Shown here in pieces: positions 21,746-36,270 of a stretch of DNA of 64,000 bases. The notes beneath the pieces are model-generated. The model had not been told where the DNA came from. It saw nothing but the letters and a program-made list of their open reading frames with translations, and searched no databases. The position numbers and the translations under genes were made by a program. Position 1 is the first letter of the stretch. Each line of letters starts with the position of its first letter. This stretch comes from Octopus sinensis. Taxonomy: Eukaryota. The stretch spans positions 32,612,001 to 32,676,000 of the forward strand of contig NC_043012.1 in the NCBI RefSeq assembly GCF_006345805.1. The letters are read 5' to 3'.

Positions 21746-23543
21746 GGAATATACACTCAAACCTGAACAGCTGCAAATGAAATCATTACAACAACAACAA
21801 CAACAACAACATATCATAGAAACAAGTTATGCCACAACAATATTACATAACAGTATGGTAAGTGAGCTGGCAGAATAATTTGCATGCTGGGCAAAATACT
21901 TAAGTGTTATTTTGTCCGTCATTATGTTCTGAGTTCAAATTTTGCTGAGGTCACCTTTATCTTTCATCCTTTCAAGGTCAATAAAATAAATAACAGTAGA
22001 GCGTTGGGATCGATGTGATCAACTTATCTGCCCCCCCCCCAAAAAAAAATTGCTGGCCTTGTGGCAAACTTTGAAATATTTATATTTGACTACCACAACA
22101 ATAACATAATAATAATAATAATAATAACAATATCAACAAATAATTTTAACAAGGACATCAAATAAAAATAACTATTGCAAACAAAACCATCAACAATGAA
22201 AATACCATCAGTAGCAACTACAATAACAATCACAACAAATATATCAACAATAACAACAATAACAATAACAACAAATGAAAATTTAAAAAAAAGAACAATA
22301 CTAATAAAAACAAATTCCAGGTTTAGAAAATCTAAATGTAGCTTAAATAAAGACTGAATCAAATATTACAAATAATAGTTATTTCTGTATCAGATCTTAC
22401 CGCTGGAATCCAAAACAATTTTGATGAACTCATTCCTAATGTAGGACCAAAGCAGCTAGAATGTGTTTGGGAATCCTTAAACCATGCAAAAAGTTTTCCA
22501 TTTGAAAGAGCAGCCATGTTAGAGATTTATATAAAAAATTTAATAATTTTTTTTACAGTATGGGACACAGCTTTGAGTGTCTGATAGTTTAATCTTGTAT
22601 ATATGGATGTCAAATTTATATCAAGTTTGAATGGAACTTTATATTTCTTCTGGTCTATGTGAGATGCTTGACTCTGCTGATTCGTAATATTTTCTTATAT
22701 TGATCGAAATCCATATGTAGATTATTATGTTTTTGTTCTGTGGCCTAATTGCTCCTAATGGATGACCTTAGAGGCAATTAGCAATGGGTAGAAGATAAAT
22801 CTAAAGGCTCAGACTTCAGTTACATAAGAAAATGCCAGGAACAAACAAGTAACATGTTCTGGTAGATTATGGAATTCTCTAGAGTTCTGTATTGTTTATG
22901 GATGGGCAGTTACGAGCATCGATGTTTGACTCACAATTTAACACAAGCTGACAGGTATTAAGTAAACTATACATCAATAACGTTTACATTGACATCATGA
23001 TGATGATGATGATGATGATGAGAATGACCTAATAGAAATATCTGTTTTTGTAAAGCCAATCCTTTTCTGTGTCCAGACTTGTATAATTATTGCCACATGC
23101 ATAGGAAAAAATAAAGCAATAGAATGTCACACCCAGATTTATTTTATTCTAGTTGTGTATTCTGTGTGAGTGTGAATGTCACCAATAAGCTTCCCTGTTT
23201 CACAATTGATTCACTACTTACATAAACACAACATTCTTGTGATTCAAGTTTTTTAAAAGGTGGATGGCTGAATTGTTTGTGCTGTGTGAAGTGTTTAGCA
23301 ATAACTCTATATTCTGTTTCAAATCCTGGCGAAGTCAACCTTAATTTCCATCCTTTAGGGATTGATAAAAATCAATACTGAGGCAGATTTCATCAAATAT
23401 GGTCCTCCTCCTCAAAATTTTGGCCCCAGTTGGAAGTTATTTTATAAAAACAGTTCAAGCTGATCTGACTGTAATAATGTTCAACACAATCTATTTGAGT
23501 GTATGATTATAACACTCCCACTAGGTGGACATTACAAAGTTGT

Positions 23544-23818
23544 CTACTACTACTACTACTACTACTACTATTACTACTACTACCACCACCACTGCCGCTG
23601 CTACTGTCACCATCACCACCACCACCACCACTACTATGACAACAGTACCACCACCGTGACGACGACAACAACCACCACCACTATTACCACTACTATTACC
23701 ACCGCCACCACCATACCACCACCACCACTATGACACCATGACAATGACGACACAACAACGATGACGATAACGATGATGACCACCACCACCACCACCACCA
23801 CCACCACCACCACCACTC
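23544..23818. repeat. Compound (TAC)n/(CAC)n/(GAC)n trinucleotide microsatellite
   Basis: Direct reading. Confidence 0.9.
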
Positions 23819-24519
23819 CTATTAATACCAACCAAATTTTCACAATTTCTGTCTTACAGTTATATAACATACGCTATACATTTATATAACATAACGTAGT
23901 GTCATTTAAAAATAGTTACTATTATACACTATAATAATTTCCAAATTCAACACATTTTAGTAGCTCTATAAATAAAGTCACCCTTTTTCAATACAAAAAC
24001 TTAATTCGACTTAGACTTGTGCATTTTAAAACTGATTAAACAAGAATCATTTTGAAATTTTGTATTAAGCTTTAGTGATCAAATCTTTCTTAACCAGTCA
24101 TGGTTGGCTAATTGCAAAATTTGTAAGCATAAAGTATTTCAGTGTTTTTGTATAAAAGTAAAGGTACAATTAAAAAAAATGAAAATCTATACACACACTG
24201 TCTTTCTGAGTCAATCATTTTCAAAGCCTGCTGTTGTTGTTATTGAATTGCTTCACAGGCAGCCAATCAAACAGATGATATAATTGATAATAAGTCCCTT
24301 ATATGCCCAGATATAGAGATATAAAATGTACTTCTTATCATTCTGGGTCAAATTTCATTGTTAGCTTCACGTTTATAACTACTTCACAATGAAGGAAATT
24401 AAGTGGTTTGAGTTAGGTCAGGTGAAGCTTTTAGCTTATTGGAAGAAGTTTTAGCTTGAACAATTGATGCAGATATTTCAGTTGGAATACAATTCTGCCA
24501 ACTAGCTGCCTTAGAAGTA

Positions 24520-25616
24520 CAGTGATCCCTCGTTTATCGCGGTAGATTGGTTCCGAGACCAGCCGCAATAACTGAATTTCCGCGAAGTAGGGACAACAAA
24601 TTTACAGTATTTATTTAATGTGTATTTGGACTTTTAAAACCCTCCCTGTACTGTTAACAACCCACCCATTACAGTAGTCTATTAATAACAAGGACAACTG
24701 TTAAGCAATAACTCTTTAGATTTAAAAAAAATAAAGATTGTTACTGAACTCAACACGAAAGAAGTTGAAGTAAAATTTGAATGATGATGGTGATGAATTT
24801 GCTGCACAGTAGAAATGATGATGGTGAAGCTGATGGCAGTGCCCTTTCTTGGGACACCTTTTCCACTTCTTCTGAAGGTGCAGTCGTAGTAGTAGCAGCA
24901 GGAACTGGCTCTTTTTTGCGAGGCTGCAAAAACATTGTGATAGGAAGTTGCTGCCGCTGCTTCTTTTTCCGCTCAAAGAGCATCTTGTAGGGATTCATGA
25001 CTTCGTCGACCTTGTTGCAAAATTGCACAGAACAAACCATATCGTCGTCCCATTGCTGTGACCCTTCTTTCAATTCTTTAGCCCGGTTGCAGAGCTTGGT
25101 CAACCATTCCAAAGTCAAGCCAGTTTGGTCGACAACTTCTTGTTTCTTGCTGCGTTTCTTCTTCTTCTTTGGATTTAATGAAAAATTTTAGGTGTCCATC
25201 ATCATCATCATCATCGTTTAACGTCCGTTTTCCATGCTAGCACGGGTTGGACGGTTCGACCGGGGTCTGGGAAGCCAGAAGGCTTCACTAGGCTCCAGTC
25301 TGATCTGGCAGTGTTTCTACAGCTGGATGCCCTTCCTAACGCCAACCACTCTGAGAGTGTAGTGGGTGCTTTTTACGTGCCAGGTGAGGCTGGCAACGGC
25401 CATGATCGGTTGGTGCTTTTTACGTGCCACCGGCATGGAAGCCAATCAAGGCGGCTCTGGCATCGACCACGTTTGGATGGTGCTTTTTACGTGCCACCGG
25501 CACAGGGATCACAACTACAATTTCCATTGATTTTTTATGTTGACGTACTTGACTCAAGAAATCCACGAAGTCGTGAATCCGTGATAGTTGAACCGCAAAG
25601 TAGTGAGGGATCACAG
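24520..25616 (-). mobile_element. Tigger/pogo-like DNA transposon deletion derivative with a retroposon nested at about 25197-25580
   Basis: TA|CAGTGATCCCTC ... GAGGGATCACAG|TA; ORF 24750-25118 resembles a Tigger transposase C-terminus (PYKMLFERKKKQRQQLPITMFL). Confidence 0.8.
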
Positions 25617-26099
25617 TATAACTAATTTATTACAATAATTTTTAACAACTAAATCTTATATGGACCCCTGCACCCCAAGAGCCATGTGGGCCCCCTCCAT
25701 CAAGAAACATTGGTCTCAAGGATCACTTGTACACAGACACACACAATTTTATTTTAAGAATTATTAATGTCTTCTGAATGGAAAGTAGTTGTCGAAAATT
25801 ATAGGGAAACTCATCAGGCGGCGACCTGACAGAAATGTTAGCATGCCGGCCAAAATGCTTTGTGGTATTTCATCTGCCGCTACGTTCTGAGTTCAAATTC
25901 CGCTAAGGTCGACTTTGCCTTTCATCTTTTCGGGGTCGATAAATTAAGTACCAGTTACGCACTGGGGTCAATATAATTGACTTAATCCGTTTGTCTGTCC
26001 TTGTTTGTCCCCTCTGTGTTTAGCCCCTTGTGGGTAGTAAAGAAATAGGGAAGCTCATTATGTGTATCTGTACTTTTGTGGGTGTTTGTATGTGTTGTT

Positions 26100-26316
26100 A
26101 TGAGAGGGTGCTGAAAAGTTCCTGACTTTAAGGGTATCGTGTAAGGCCTGGTTGGAGGCCCAACCTTCCGAGTTCTTTTATAGGGTTTACAAAAACTGAA
26201 GGACCATGGCAATAAGTGTGTGAATCCGAGAGGGGAATATGTTGAATAAAATCATAATTAACTGATCCTCCTGTGTTTTCTTTTACCCAAAGCCAGGAAC
26301 TTTTCTGCACACTCAC
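26100..26316. mobile_element. Mariner-like MITE
   Basis: TGAGAGGGTGCTGAAAAGTTCCTGACTTT vs AAAGCCAGGAACTTTTCTGCACACTCA. Confidence 0.65.
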
Positions 26317-26322
26317 TGTTGT

Positions 26323-26697
26323 ATGGGTTTTTATGTGTGTTTGTGTGTGTATGTGTTTGTTTGTGTGTGTGTGTATGTGTGTGTGTATTTGTTTGTTTGT
26401 GTATGTATGTTTGTTTCTGAGTGTGTGTGTGCGTGTGTGTTTATGTGTGTGTGCGTGTGTGTTTATATGTGTATTTGTTTGTGTGTATGTGTTTGTGCAT
26501 GTGTCTGTATGCGAGTGTGTGTGTGTGTGTGTGTGTGCATGTGTGTGTGTTCATGTGTGTTTGTCTGAGTGTGTGTGTATTTGTATGAATATGTGTTTGT
26601 CAGTTTGTGCGAGCGCATTTGTGTATACATGTGTTTGTATTTATGTATGTATTTGTGTGTGTTCATGTGTGCATGTGTGTGTGTGCATGCTTGTGTG
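26323..26697. repeat. Degenerate (TG)n microsatellite
   Basis: Direct reading; similar (TATG)n/(CATA)n tracts at about 13470-13650, 27220-27540 and 38130-38255. Confidence 0.9.
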
Positions 26698-28241
26698 AAT
26701 GCTGTCCTCTATTTTCCTCCTCACAGCCATTCACTCCTAAGTATTCACAGGAAGCATTAACCACATCAATCTCATTGTCTCAGGAGACCAACTAACACCA
26801 CAGGTACAACCCCCTTCCCCCCCACACCAATCCAATATAAAAATTAAAAAAAAAAAATTAAAAAAAATTAACCATCTCATTTTCTTTATTCTGAGTTCAA
26901 TAAAGCCTATTGATTACTCTTTTGAAATAAACAAACAAAAAAACACATTAGTGAAAGCAATCCTTTGATTCTCAAAAGTTAGTAATTTCACTTAACCAGA
27001 CCATATCTGCTTTAGTTTTTCTCTCAAGCATCAACAATAAAGAGACATCACACCCAGGGAATGAAAATATTTCATTGAGACGGTTTCCTTTGACAGGTTT
27101 CCATGTGTCTCTGTTGAAAACTAAGAACTGACTGACAGTCTGGCTCTGTTATCAGAATGGCTATTTCTCAAAGGGATATTGACCTATCTTTCACAATTAC
27201 TCAGAGATCTGATTGTCTGTGATGTGTGTGTGTGTATATAATGTAATTTATGTATGTATGTATGTATGTATGTATGATCATACACATGTATGTATGTATG
27301 CTTGTACAAATGTATGTATGTACATATGTATGTATGTTTGAATGTATGTATGTATGCATATATGTATGTATGCATGCATGCATATATGCATGTATGTATG
27401 CATACATGTATGTATGCATGCTTACCTGCATGTATATATGTATGTCTGTCTGTTTGTGTCTGATTGTAAGTCTGTCTGTCTGTCTATATGTATGTATGTA
27501 TGTGTGTGTGTGTATGTTAGTGTGTATATGTATTTATGCATAGCATAAATCACAATGTATTTTGTACACATTGTTCTCAGCACAATCACCAGACCTACCA
27601 CCACCACCACTAACCCCCCCCCCCCATCATCATCATCTTTTGATTTAAGACAGTTTCTTTTTTCTTTCTCTTATGTTTTTAATTGTTGGTTCTGTTTTGC
27701 TAATGCATCTTTTGTTTGTTTATTTGAAAGAAATCAATCAATAATAATCTATTGAAGTTAGAATGAAAATAGAAAACATGATTGGGTGATGTTCATGCCA
27801 TTCTTAATCATCATCATTTAACCTCCGCTTTCCATGCTAGCATGGGTTGGACGATTTTGACTGAGAGCTGGCGAACCAGATGGCTGCACCAGGCTCCAAT
27901 CTTGATTTGGCAGAGTTTCTACAGCTGGATGCCCTTCCTAACACCAACCACTCTGAGAGTGTAGTGGGTGCTTTTTACGTCCTACCGGAACAGGGGCCAG
28001 TCAGGCGGTACTGGCAATGACCTCGCTCGAATCCTTTTACACATGCCACCAGCACAGGTGCCAGTAAGGCGATTAATTATGTTGAAGGGCAGCGAGCTGG
28101 CAGAAACGTTAGCATGCCGGGCGAAATGCTTAGCGGTATTTCATCTGCCGTTACGTTCTGAGTTCAAATTCTGCCGAGGTCGACTTTGCCTTTCATCCTT
28201 TCGGGGTCGATAAATTAAGTACCAGTTACGCACTGGGGTTG

Positions 28242-28274
<33 letters not shown>

Positions 28275-28544
28275 TGTATGTATGTATGTATGTATGTATT
28301 TGTTTGTCTGTCCTTGTTCGTTTGTCTATCCTTGTTCGTTTCCTCTGTGTTTAGCCCCTTGTGGGTAGTAAAGAAATAGGTATTAATTATGTAAATGAAC
28401 TGAAATCGTTACCACTAGGAATTAAAACAGGGGTATATTTTCATCCTGCTAATTTTTTGCACTCGCTTAATATACTTATAAATGGACTGTACCTTCATCC
28501 TTTTCATTTTTCACCACTATTTTGGGGTTCACTTATGCTTTTAA

Positions 28545-28744
28545 CCATTTAGCACTTAATCTGGCCCGAATATTCTATCCATTTTATGTTCAAACTGACC
28601 AGATCTGACTTCTCACACATACCCTATAATGCCATTCTAAAACCAAACAATCACATCATTGAAATCTCAAAGCTTTGGGGGACAGTACCTAGTTAATTCA
28701 AAACAAAGTATTACATTTGACAGAATAATCTGAATGTCAAAGGG
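28545..28744. mobile_element. piggyBac-like MITE, second family
   Basis: TTAA|CCATTTAGCA ... TGTCAAAGGG|TTAA; inverted copy at about 52024-52244. Confidence 0.7.
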
Positions 28745-29448
28745 TTAACAACAGTGTTTAGTCTTTAAGTGTGTATTAATAGAAGTAGGGATCAAATATG
28801 TTAATTTTATGCCCACTTCTATAGCTTTCCCTCATTAAATTTATACAGTCCCTTGCTGATGGATTTGGGACTATTTTCTACTTTATTACTACATGCAAAA
28901 TACAGCAATTATACATCTGAAAGTTTGAATAATTACTATATATAAAATTTTGGACTAACAAGGGCACCATTCGAGCGTGATCATTACCAACGTCGCTTCA
29001 CTGGCACCTGTGATGGTGGCACATGTAAAAAGATTTGAGCGAGGTCATTGCCAGTACCACATGATGGTCCTCCGGTGGCACGTAAAAAGCACCCACTACA
29101 CTCTTGGAGTGGTTGGTGTTAGGAAGGGCATCCAGCTGTAGAAACTCTGCCAAATCAAAATTGGAGCCTGGTGCAGCCATCTGGTTCGCCAGCCCTCAGT
29201 CAAAATTGTCCAACCCATGCTAGCATGGAAAGCGGATGTTAAACGATGATGATGATGATCAACTCAATCATTGAAATATGCTGCAATCCTCAAAAAACAA
29301 TCCTTTCCAAATTCCAAGAAGCCATAGAGTCAGAGCTAAACTCCAATTTCTGTAACATTTACCTTATGAATTATAAGATGCTAAGTGGCTTTTTCCATCG
29401 AAGAATCGAACTCAAAATTGCAAGTTACAGAAACACTTTTTTTTTTTA

Positions 29449-29832
29449 TTGTTTCAGTCATTTGACTGCGGCCATGCTGGAGCACCGCCTTTAGTCCAAA
29501 CCCCAGGACTTATTCTTTGTAAGCCTAGTACTTATTCTATCAGTCTCTTTTGCCGAACCACTAAATTACGGGGACGTAAACACACCAGCATCGGTTGTCA
29601 AGCGATGTTGGGCGGACAAACACAGACACACAAACATATACACACACATATATATACATACATATATACGACAGGCTTCTTTCAGTTTCCGTCTACCAAA
29701 TCCACTCACAAGGCTTTGGTCGGCCCGAGGCTATAGTAGAAGACACTTGCCCAAGGTGCCATGCAGTAGGACTGAACCCGGAACCATGTGGTTGGTAAGC
29801 AAGCTGCTTACCACACAGCCACTCCTACGCCT
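29449..29832 (-). mobile_element. Full-length CORE-like tRNA SINE
   Basis: Head GGCGTAGGAGTGGCTGTGTGGTAAG...GGTTCAGTCC, CORE-like GGCACCTTGGGCAAGTGTCTT, tail CAGCATGGCCGCAGTCAAATGACTGAAAC. Other copies at about 34365-34715, 35200-35690, 44885-45590, 46660-47062, 49500-49870, 56298-56470 and 57285-57677. Confidence 0.88.
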
Positions 29833-30532
29833 ATACTTAGCAATACCACATTGTTTACTCTCCTTTACTTCAGACAAAACCAATAAAGCACACCAACTTT
29901 CAGTGTCTGGAGCTTGGAGGACAGGGCTGCTGAGAGTTCTGTGTCTTGGCAACAAGCACAGTGTAGAATGGTGACAAAATATGAACCATTGATTATTAGG
30001 TTGGTAATCTTTGTTTCAGCCGTTAACTCTCTTATTAATTACTAAACATCATTTTCAAATGATTCTTTCGGCTAAAATGTCAATGAAGAATTAGGTGAAG
30101 ACTACAGATATCTAATTAGGTTGCTTCCTAGCTCTACTTGTTCAAAGGCAACATTTGTGGGTTTCTGTCAGATCGCAGTTTCATGAGTTCAAACTTTATG
30201 AACTTAGGGTCAGCATATAAATCACCCTTTGTGTTTAACTTCAAAGAATTACTTTGAAATGGTTCTCAATGTTTCCACTCCAGTTATTCTGCTATCAAAA
30301 GTTCCTTGCAACAGAACAACTTGTAAACTTGTAACCTAAATTATTTTTGACTTCTTGTCCCTGTGATTAAAAGCAAACTTCATTAAATGTTGTAATGTAA
30401 TAAAAACAATGAATACACATCAAACACACCTAACATATAATAATAATAACAATAATAATATTAATAATAATAATGATAATAATAATAGTAATAATAACAA
30501 TAATAATAATAATGATAATAATAATAATTAAT

Positions 30533-30748
30533 TCTCGTTTATTGGCCACAAGGGCTAACAAAAATCAAATAAAATATGTAAGGACAAAATACAGGATGAA
30601 AGTTACAAAAAGGGTTTTGTCCATTTGAAAAGTCCATGTAAAAATGCAAGATAACAACGAAAATATAACAAGTAAAAACTCCCAATAGGGGGAGGCGCTT
30701 CGAAAGGTTACTCGTGGAAAAATCCATAAAATCCATGGGAGCCTGGTC
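30533..30748 (-). mobile_element. Probable LINE 3' UTR fragment within (AAT)n
   Basis: Minus strand ends GTTAGCCCTTGTGGCCAATAAACGAG; (AAT)n on both sides. Confidence 0.55.
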
Positions 30749-30749
30749 A

Positions 30750-30784
<35 letters not shown>

Positions 30785-31344
30785 AATAATAATTTTTTTT
30801 TTGCCTTTCATCCTTATAGGGTCGATAAATTAAGTATCAGTTACACACTGGAGTCGATGTAATCGACTTAATCCGTTTGTCTGTCCTTGTTTGTCCACTC
30901 TGTTTTTAGCCCCTTGTGGGTAGTAAAGAAAAAACAAATAATAATAATAATTTTGTTATCAAGCTTGGCTTGTTATAATCATTGTTTAATGTCTGTTTTC
31001 CATTCTGGCATGGATGGGACAGTTTGACAGGAGCTGACCAGGTGGGGAGCTATACAGCCTCCAATTGTCTGTAGTGGCATGGTTTCTATGGCTGGATGCC
31101 CTTCCAAAATATCAGCCACTTTACAAAGTGTGCTGAGTGCTTTTTACATGCCACCAGCATGGGTACATTTATGCTCCCCCAAGTGCATGTTATGTGGCAC
31201 CGGCACCTGCAATGGACAAAGCCTGTATGTATGGAAGACAGCGATTTTACATAGCTTGACATGTCATTTCAAGTACAGCAAATTTCCACAACTCCCAGTC
31301 CCCTGTCATTTAATCCTTATGAGAGCTCAAAATCTCTTGTAGAA

Positions 31345-31650
31345 GCGTCATCCAACCAAAGTACAAATATATGGGAAACTACCACATGTACCATCTCTTG
31401 TGAAAGGTAGAAGAGTCCAGTTTGCTGGACAGTGTTGTAGAGCTGAAAACGAGGTAATGTCTACTCTTCTCCTCTGGAAGCCATCTGCTCGTGATACCAG
31501 AGGGCACACACTCTCCTACCCTGATGTAATCTCCAGGGATACAGGCATCCAGCAACAGGACCTCCATAATGCTATGATGGACCGTGAAGTCTGGCCTAAC
31601 ATAGTAAATTCCATTGTCTCGACCACAGTGGAATAATGATGATGATGATG
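31345..31650 (+). mobile_element. RTE LINE 3' fragment with (GAT)n tail
   Basis: RRVQFAGQCCRAENEVMSTLLLWKP...DREVW; same family on the minus strand at 35846-36270. Confidence 0.8.
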
Positions 31651-31651
31651 A

Positions 31652-32010
31652 AGATCCTTTCTCACCACTTCGTCCTACATCTTCCTGGGCCTACCCCTTC
31701 CACAGGTTCCCTCCACAATTACAGCTTGGCACTTCTTTATGCAGCTGTCCTCATCCAAATGCATCACTTGACCAAACCAGTGCAGTCTTCTCTCTTGCAC
31801 ACAACATCTGATGATGCCTCTTGTATCCAATTTTCCTCTTAAATTATTTACACTCTGTCGTGTGTGCACACACTGATATTACCTCTATCCAGCAGAGCAT
31901 GCTAGCTTTATTTCTTTCATGCCTTTGCAAGTCTTTTGTAGTCAAAGTCCATGTTTCATTACTATGTAGCATAGATGTATGTATACAGGTATCATACAAT
32001 CTGCCTTTCA
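31652..32010 (-). mobile_element. RTE LINE ORF2 C-terminal fragment
   Basis: KGRLYDTCIHTSMLHSNETW and RRLHWFGQVMHLDEDSCIKKCQAVIVEGTCGRGRPRK. Confidence 0.8.
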
Positions 32011-33147
32011 AGAAGAAGAAAAAGAAGAACAACAACAACAAGAACTACAACAGCAATAATGGTTTCAAATTTTGGCACAAGGCCAGCAATTTTAGGGGAG
32101 GGGGCTAGTCAATTGCACCAACTCCAATGTTCAACTGGTATTTATTTTGTCAACCTCAAAAGATGAGAGGCAAAATCAAAGTCAGTGGAATTGGAACTCA
32201 CAATGTAAAGCTGGAAGCATCCAGTGCGCTAATGATTCTGCCAGCTTGCAGGCATGGCTATGTGGTAAGAAGTTTTCTTTTCAACCACATGGTTCTGGGT
32301 TCTGTCACACTGCACAGAACCTTGGGCAAATGTCTTCAACTAGAGCTTCAGGACAACCAAAGCGTTGTGAGTAGATTTGGTAGCCAGAAACTGAAAGAAG
32401 CCTATCATATCATCATTGTCATCATCATCATCATCATCATCATCATGATTTAACACCTGTTCTCCATGCTAGCATGGGTTGGATGGTTTGACAAGAGCTG
32501 GCAAGCCAGAGCACTGCACCAAGCTCTATTTTCTATTTTGACATGGTTGCCATGGCTGGATGCCCTTCCTAATGCCAAACACTTTACAGAGTTTGCTGTG
32601 TGCTTTTTTCATGGCACCAGCACTGATGGGGTCACCAAGTAACTTACAAGACAAGACAAAGTCCCCTCGACAGATGTGGAGTAGTATTGAGGGAGTATTT
32701 GTGTCAGTTGACGAGAGGTTAAAGGAATAATAGAGGGTTTGAGATAGGTGTCTTACTGTAGAGGAAATACAAGGATACGCCAATTGGAGAAGAAAAGAGA
32801 CAAGGAGACTTAAAGAGAAAGATAGAGAGGGAGTGAGTGGGAGAAATGGTGGTGGATATATGTCAGGACATGGGCGGCGAGCTGGCAGAAATGTTAGCAC
32901 ACCGGGCGAAATGCTTAGCAGTATTTCGTCTGTCATTATGTTCTGAGTTCAAATTCCGCCGAGGTCAACTTTGCCTTTCATCTTTTCGGGGTCGATAAAT
33001 AAAGTACCAGTTTCGCACTTGGGTTGATGTAATCGACTTAATCCGTTTGTCTGTCCTTGTTTGTCTCCTCTATGTTTAGCCCCTTGTGGGCAGTAATGAA
33101 ATATATATATGTCAAGACATATCCTCAAGGCACAGTTAGAGGGGGAG

Positions 33148-33207
<60 letters not shown>

Positions 33208-33525
33208 CTTTGTGTTTGTGTTTGTCACCCACCACTACTTGACAACTGGTGTTTGTTTATGTCCCTGTAACGTAGTAGTCTGGTAAAAATACTGATAGAT
33301 TAAGGACTTTAAAAGAAGTACTGGTGTTGATTTGTTCTATTGAACTGTGGTCCCAGCATGGCTGTACTCTAATGACTGAAACAAGTAAAAAAAAAATGAT
33401 AAAAGAGTAAAGCAAGATAGCTATGGGTGGACTGGTTTTGATCGGGTATCTGGTTGATCGAGATTGATCTGGAGCTTAAAAACACAACAGTATCAGTAGC
33501 AACACCAACAACAGTAACGATGACG

Positions 33526-33558
<33 letters not shown>

Positions 33559-35845
33559 ACAACAACAACAACAACAGCAATACCAACAACAGCAGCAGGC
33601 AACAAATAAACACTTTGAGACTGGATTATTTTAGATGACACTAATTGTTTCCAGCAGTCAGTGACCCCTAGTAAATACATCCTCCACGTTTAGGAGTAGA
33701 ATTCAAACAATCTTTTGTGGAATTATACAGCTTCTTTGAAGTCCTTTCTGATTAAATAGGGAACTTTACTACTATTCCATGCAGATATTAAAACGAGATG
33801 TGCACAGACACAGCAGTATTCTTTTCAGTTAGTTCCATTGTCTTTCTTTAATGGATATCTCTTTGCCCTTCCTTTTTAAGCTATCTGCTTAGTGTTTATT
33901 ATAGCTGCAGGCAATTCAATCTGCAGCTTTAATAGATTGAATAAGATGTTTACCTGAAGTATTCTGAGTTAGATCTATAGAGAACATCCAGATATTAGAT
34001 CTACTTCTAACTATATTAAATGTCGAACTGGCATGAAACATTACTAAAAATTGCCATTTCTTTGATGATTAAAAACACAAGTTTATTCTTAAAATTTACA
34101 AGATACAAGCATAGTTGTTTGGTTAAAAAGTTTGCTTTGCAACCATGTGATTCTGAGTTCACGACCATCCCTATTTTATTCAGACAAGTAATGGCAGTCA
34201 TTTATTTACAAATTGACTTCATTTTCCAACAGACATTAGTTGCTGCATAAATGTATATTGTTATTGGATAAAATAAAAAAAAAAGACTGCTGAACAACAA
34301 AATCTGTGCTTTTATCTAAGAGACATAATTACAAAAATCTAAGTATTTTTACTTACCTTTTATCTTTTACTTGTTTCAGTCATTAGACAGCAGCCATGCT
34401 GGGGCTCCACTCTGAAGAATTTTTACTTGAATGAATTTCCAGCAATCTCTTTTGCAGAAATGCTAAATTATAGGGACATAAACAAACCTGTACTAGTTGT
34501 CAAACGGTGGTAGGGGACGAACCCCGATACAAAGACATCCAAGCATAAATGTATATGTATGACAGGCTTCTTTCAGTTTCCGTCTACCAAATCCACTCAC
34601 AAGGCTTTGGTTGGCCCAAGATTATAGTAGAAGACACTTGCCCATGGTGCCACACAGTAGGACTGAACCCAGAACCATGTGGTTGGGAAGCAAGCTTCTC
34701 ACCACACAGCTACGTCTTCACCTTTGTATATTGTTTAAGTATTTTTCTTCCCTTTTATGTATGTTTATGTGTGTCAATATGTATTGGTCCTTTATATGTG
34801 TCTTTTTTGTCAGCCTGCATCGCTCCTTAATCTTAAGTGCATATTTGTCAACATAGATAGGTCCCTAATCTTTTCTGTTTGTTTACTTTGTGAAAATTGT
34901 AAATTCACTTCTTTATTATTGAAATCCACAAACATTTGATATTTCCTTAATTTCTAAGATTCAATTTTCTTAGGTTATTATTTATTTTTCGCTGTCAATA
35001 ATTTCAGCTAAATCTCCTTCAAATCACATCCTATTACATTTTTAAAAAGTGATGTTATACCGGATAAGTAGGACATATTTGTTCTATTTGTTTATATAAA
35101 AAGAGGGATGGTTATGGGGCAATTTTCTTTAATTATAAGTCAGCTCAGTAAATGTTGGAGATAAAAATACCATTATGTTAACATGTGTATGTATATGTGA
35201 GTGGGTTTGATAGACATAAACTGAAAGAAGTCCATTGTGTGTGTGTGTGTGTGTATTGATATCTTTGTGTGTGTGTGTTAGTTTCCTACAGCCACTTGAC
35301 AACTGGTGTTGACTTGTTTATATCCTAACTTAGTGGTTTGGCAAAAGAGACCAATAGAATAAGTACCAGGCTTAACCCTTTTGATACCAACCCGGCTGAA
35401 ACCAGCTCTGGCTCTTTAGTATAAATGTCTTGTTTCCATAAGTTTTGAATTCAAATCTTCCACCAAACCTTAGTCACAATTTATGTTCCTGACGCTAGCT
35501 TAATTATAACGATGTTATTTTATTAAATTCTTTGTTATATTGAAAGTAATTTGAAGAAACACAGAGCATCTCAAAATAAATACAGTTAACAAAAGGGTTA
35601 AACGTAAGTATTGGAGTCGATTTCTTCAACTAAATCTTTCAAGGTGATGCCCCAGTATGGCCACAATCTAGTGACTGAAACAAGTAAATGATTGTGAAGA
35701 TTGGACAGAGACTTGGAAAAAAGATTGTATAATATTGTTTAGACACTCATGGAAAATGATTCTCCATCAGTTTCTCTAACCTCAGTTTCCCTGTCCCCAC
35801 ATGTAGGTTATTAAGTACACTGGGGACCTGATAAATAAAGCTGTC

Positions 35846-36270
35846 ATCATCATCATCATTGTTCGACTGGTCGAGACAGTGGAATTTACTATGTTACGCC
35901 AGACTTCACGGTCCATCATAGCATTACGGAGGTCCTGTCATTGGATACCTGCATCCCTGGAGATTACATCAGGATAGGAGAGTGTGTGCCCTCTGGTATC
36001 GCAAGCAGATGGCTTCCAGAGAAGAGTAGAAATTACCATGTTTTCAGCTCCACAACAATGTCCAGCAAACTGGACTCTTCTACCTTTCACAACAGATGAT
36101 ACAAGGTGTTCAAGAGATTGTAAAAGAGACTGGGCATTGGAGAGAGAATCACTGATAAGAGCGATGTCATCAGCAAAGTCAGTGTCTGTTAAGTGTTCAG
36201 CTGGGTGTCTGGAACTTCTTCTAGGTTTTATTTCAAAGCTGTTAACGTTAGGAGTAACATCTCATCAGAA
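35846..36270 (-). mobile_element. Internally deleted RTE LINE fragment
   Basis: Minus strand IKPRRSSRHPAEHLTDTDFADDIALISDSLSNAQSLLQSLE joined directly to the 3' end and (GAT)n tail. Confidence 0.8.
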
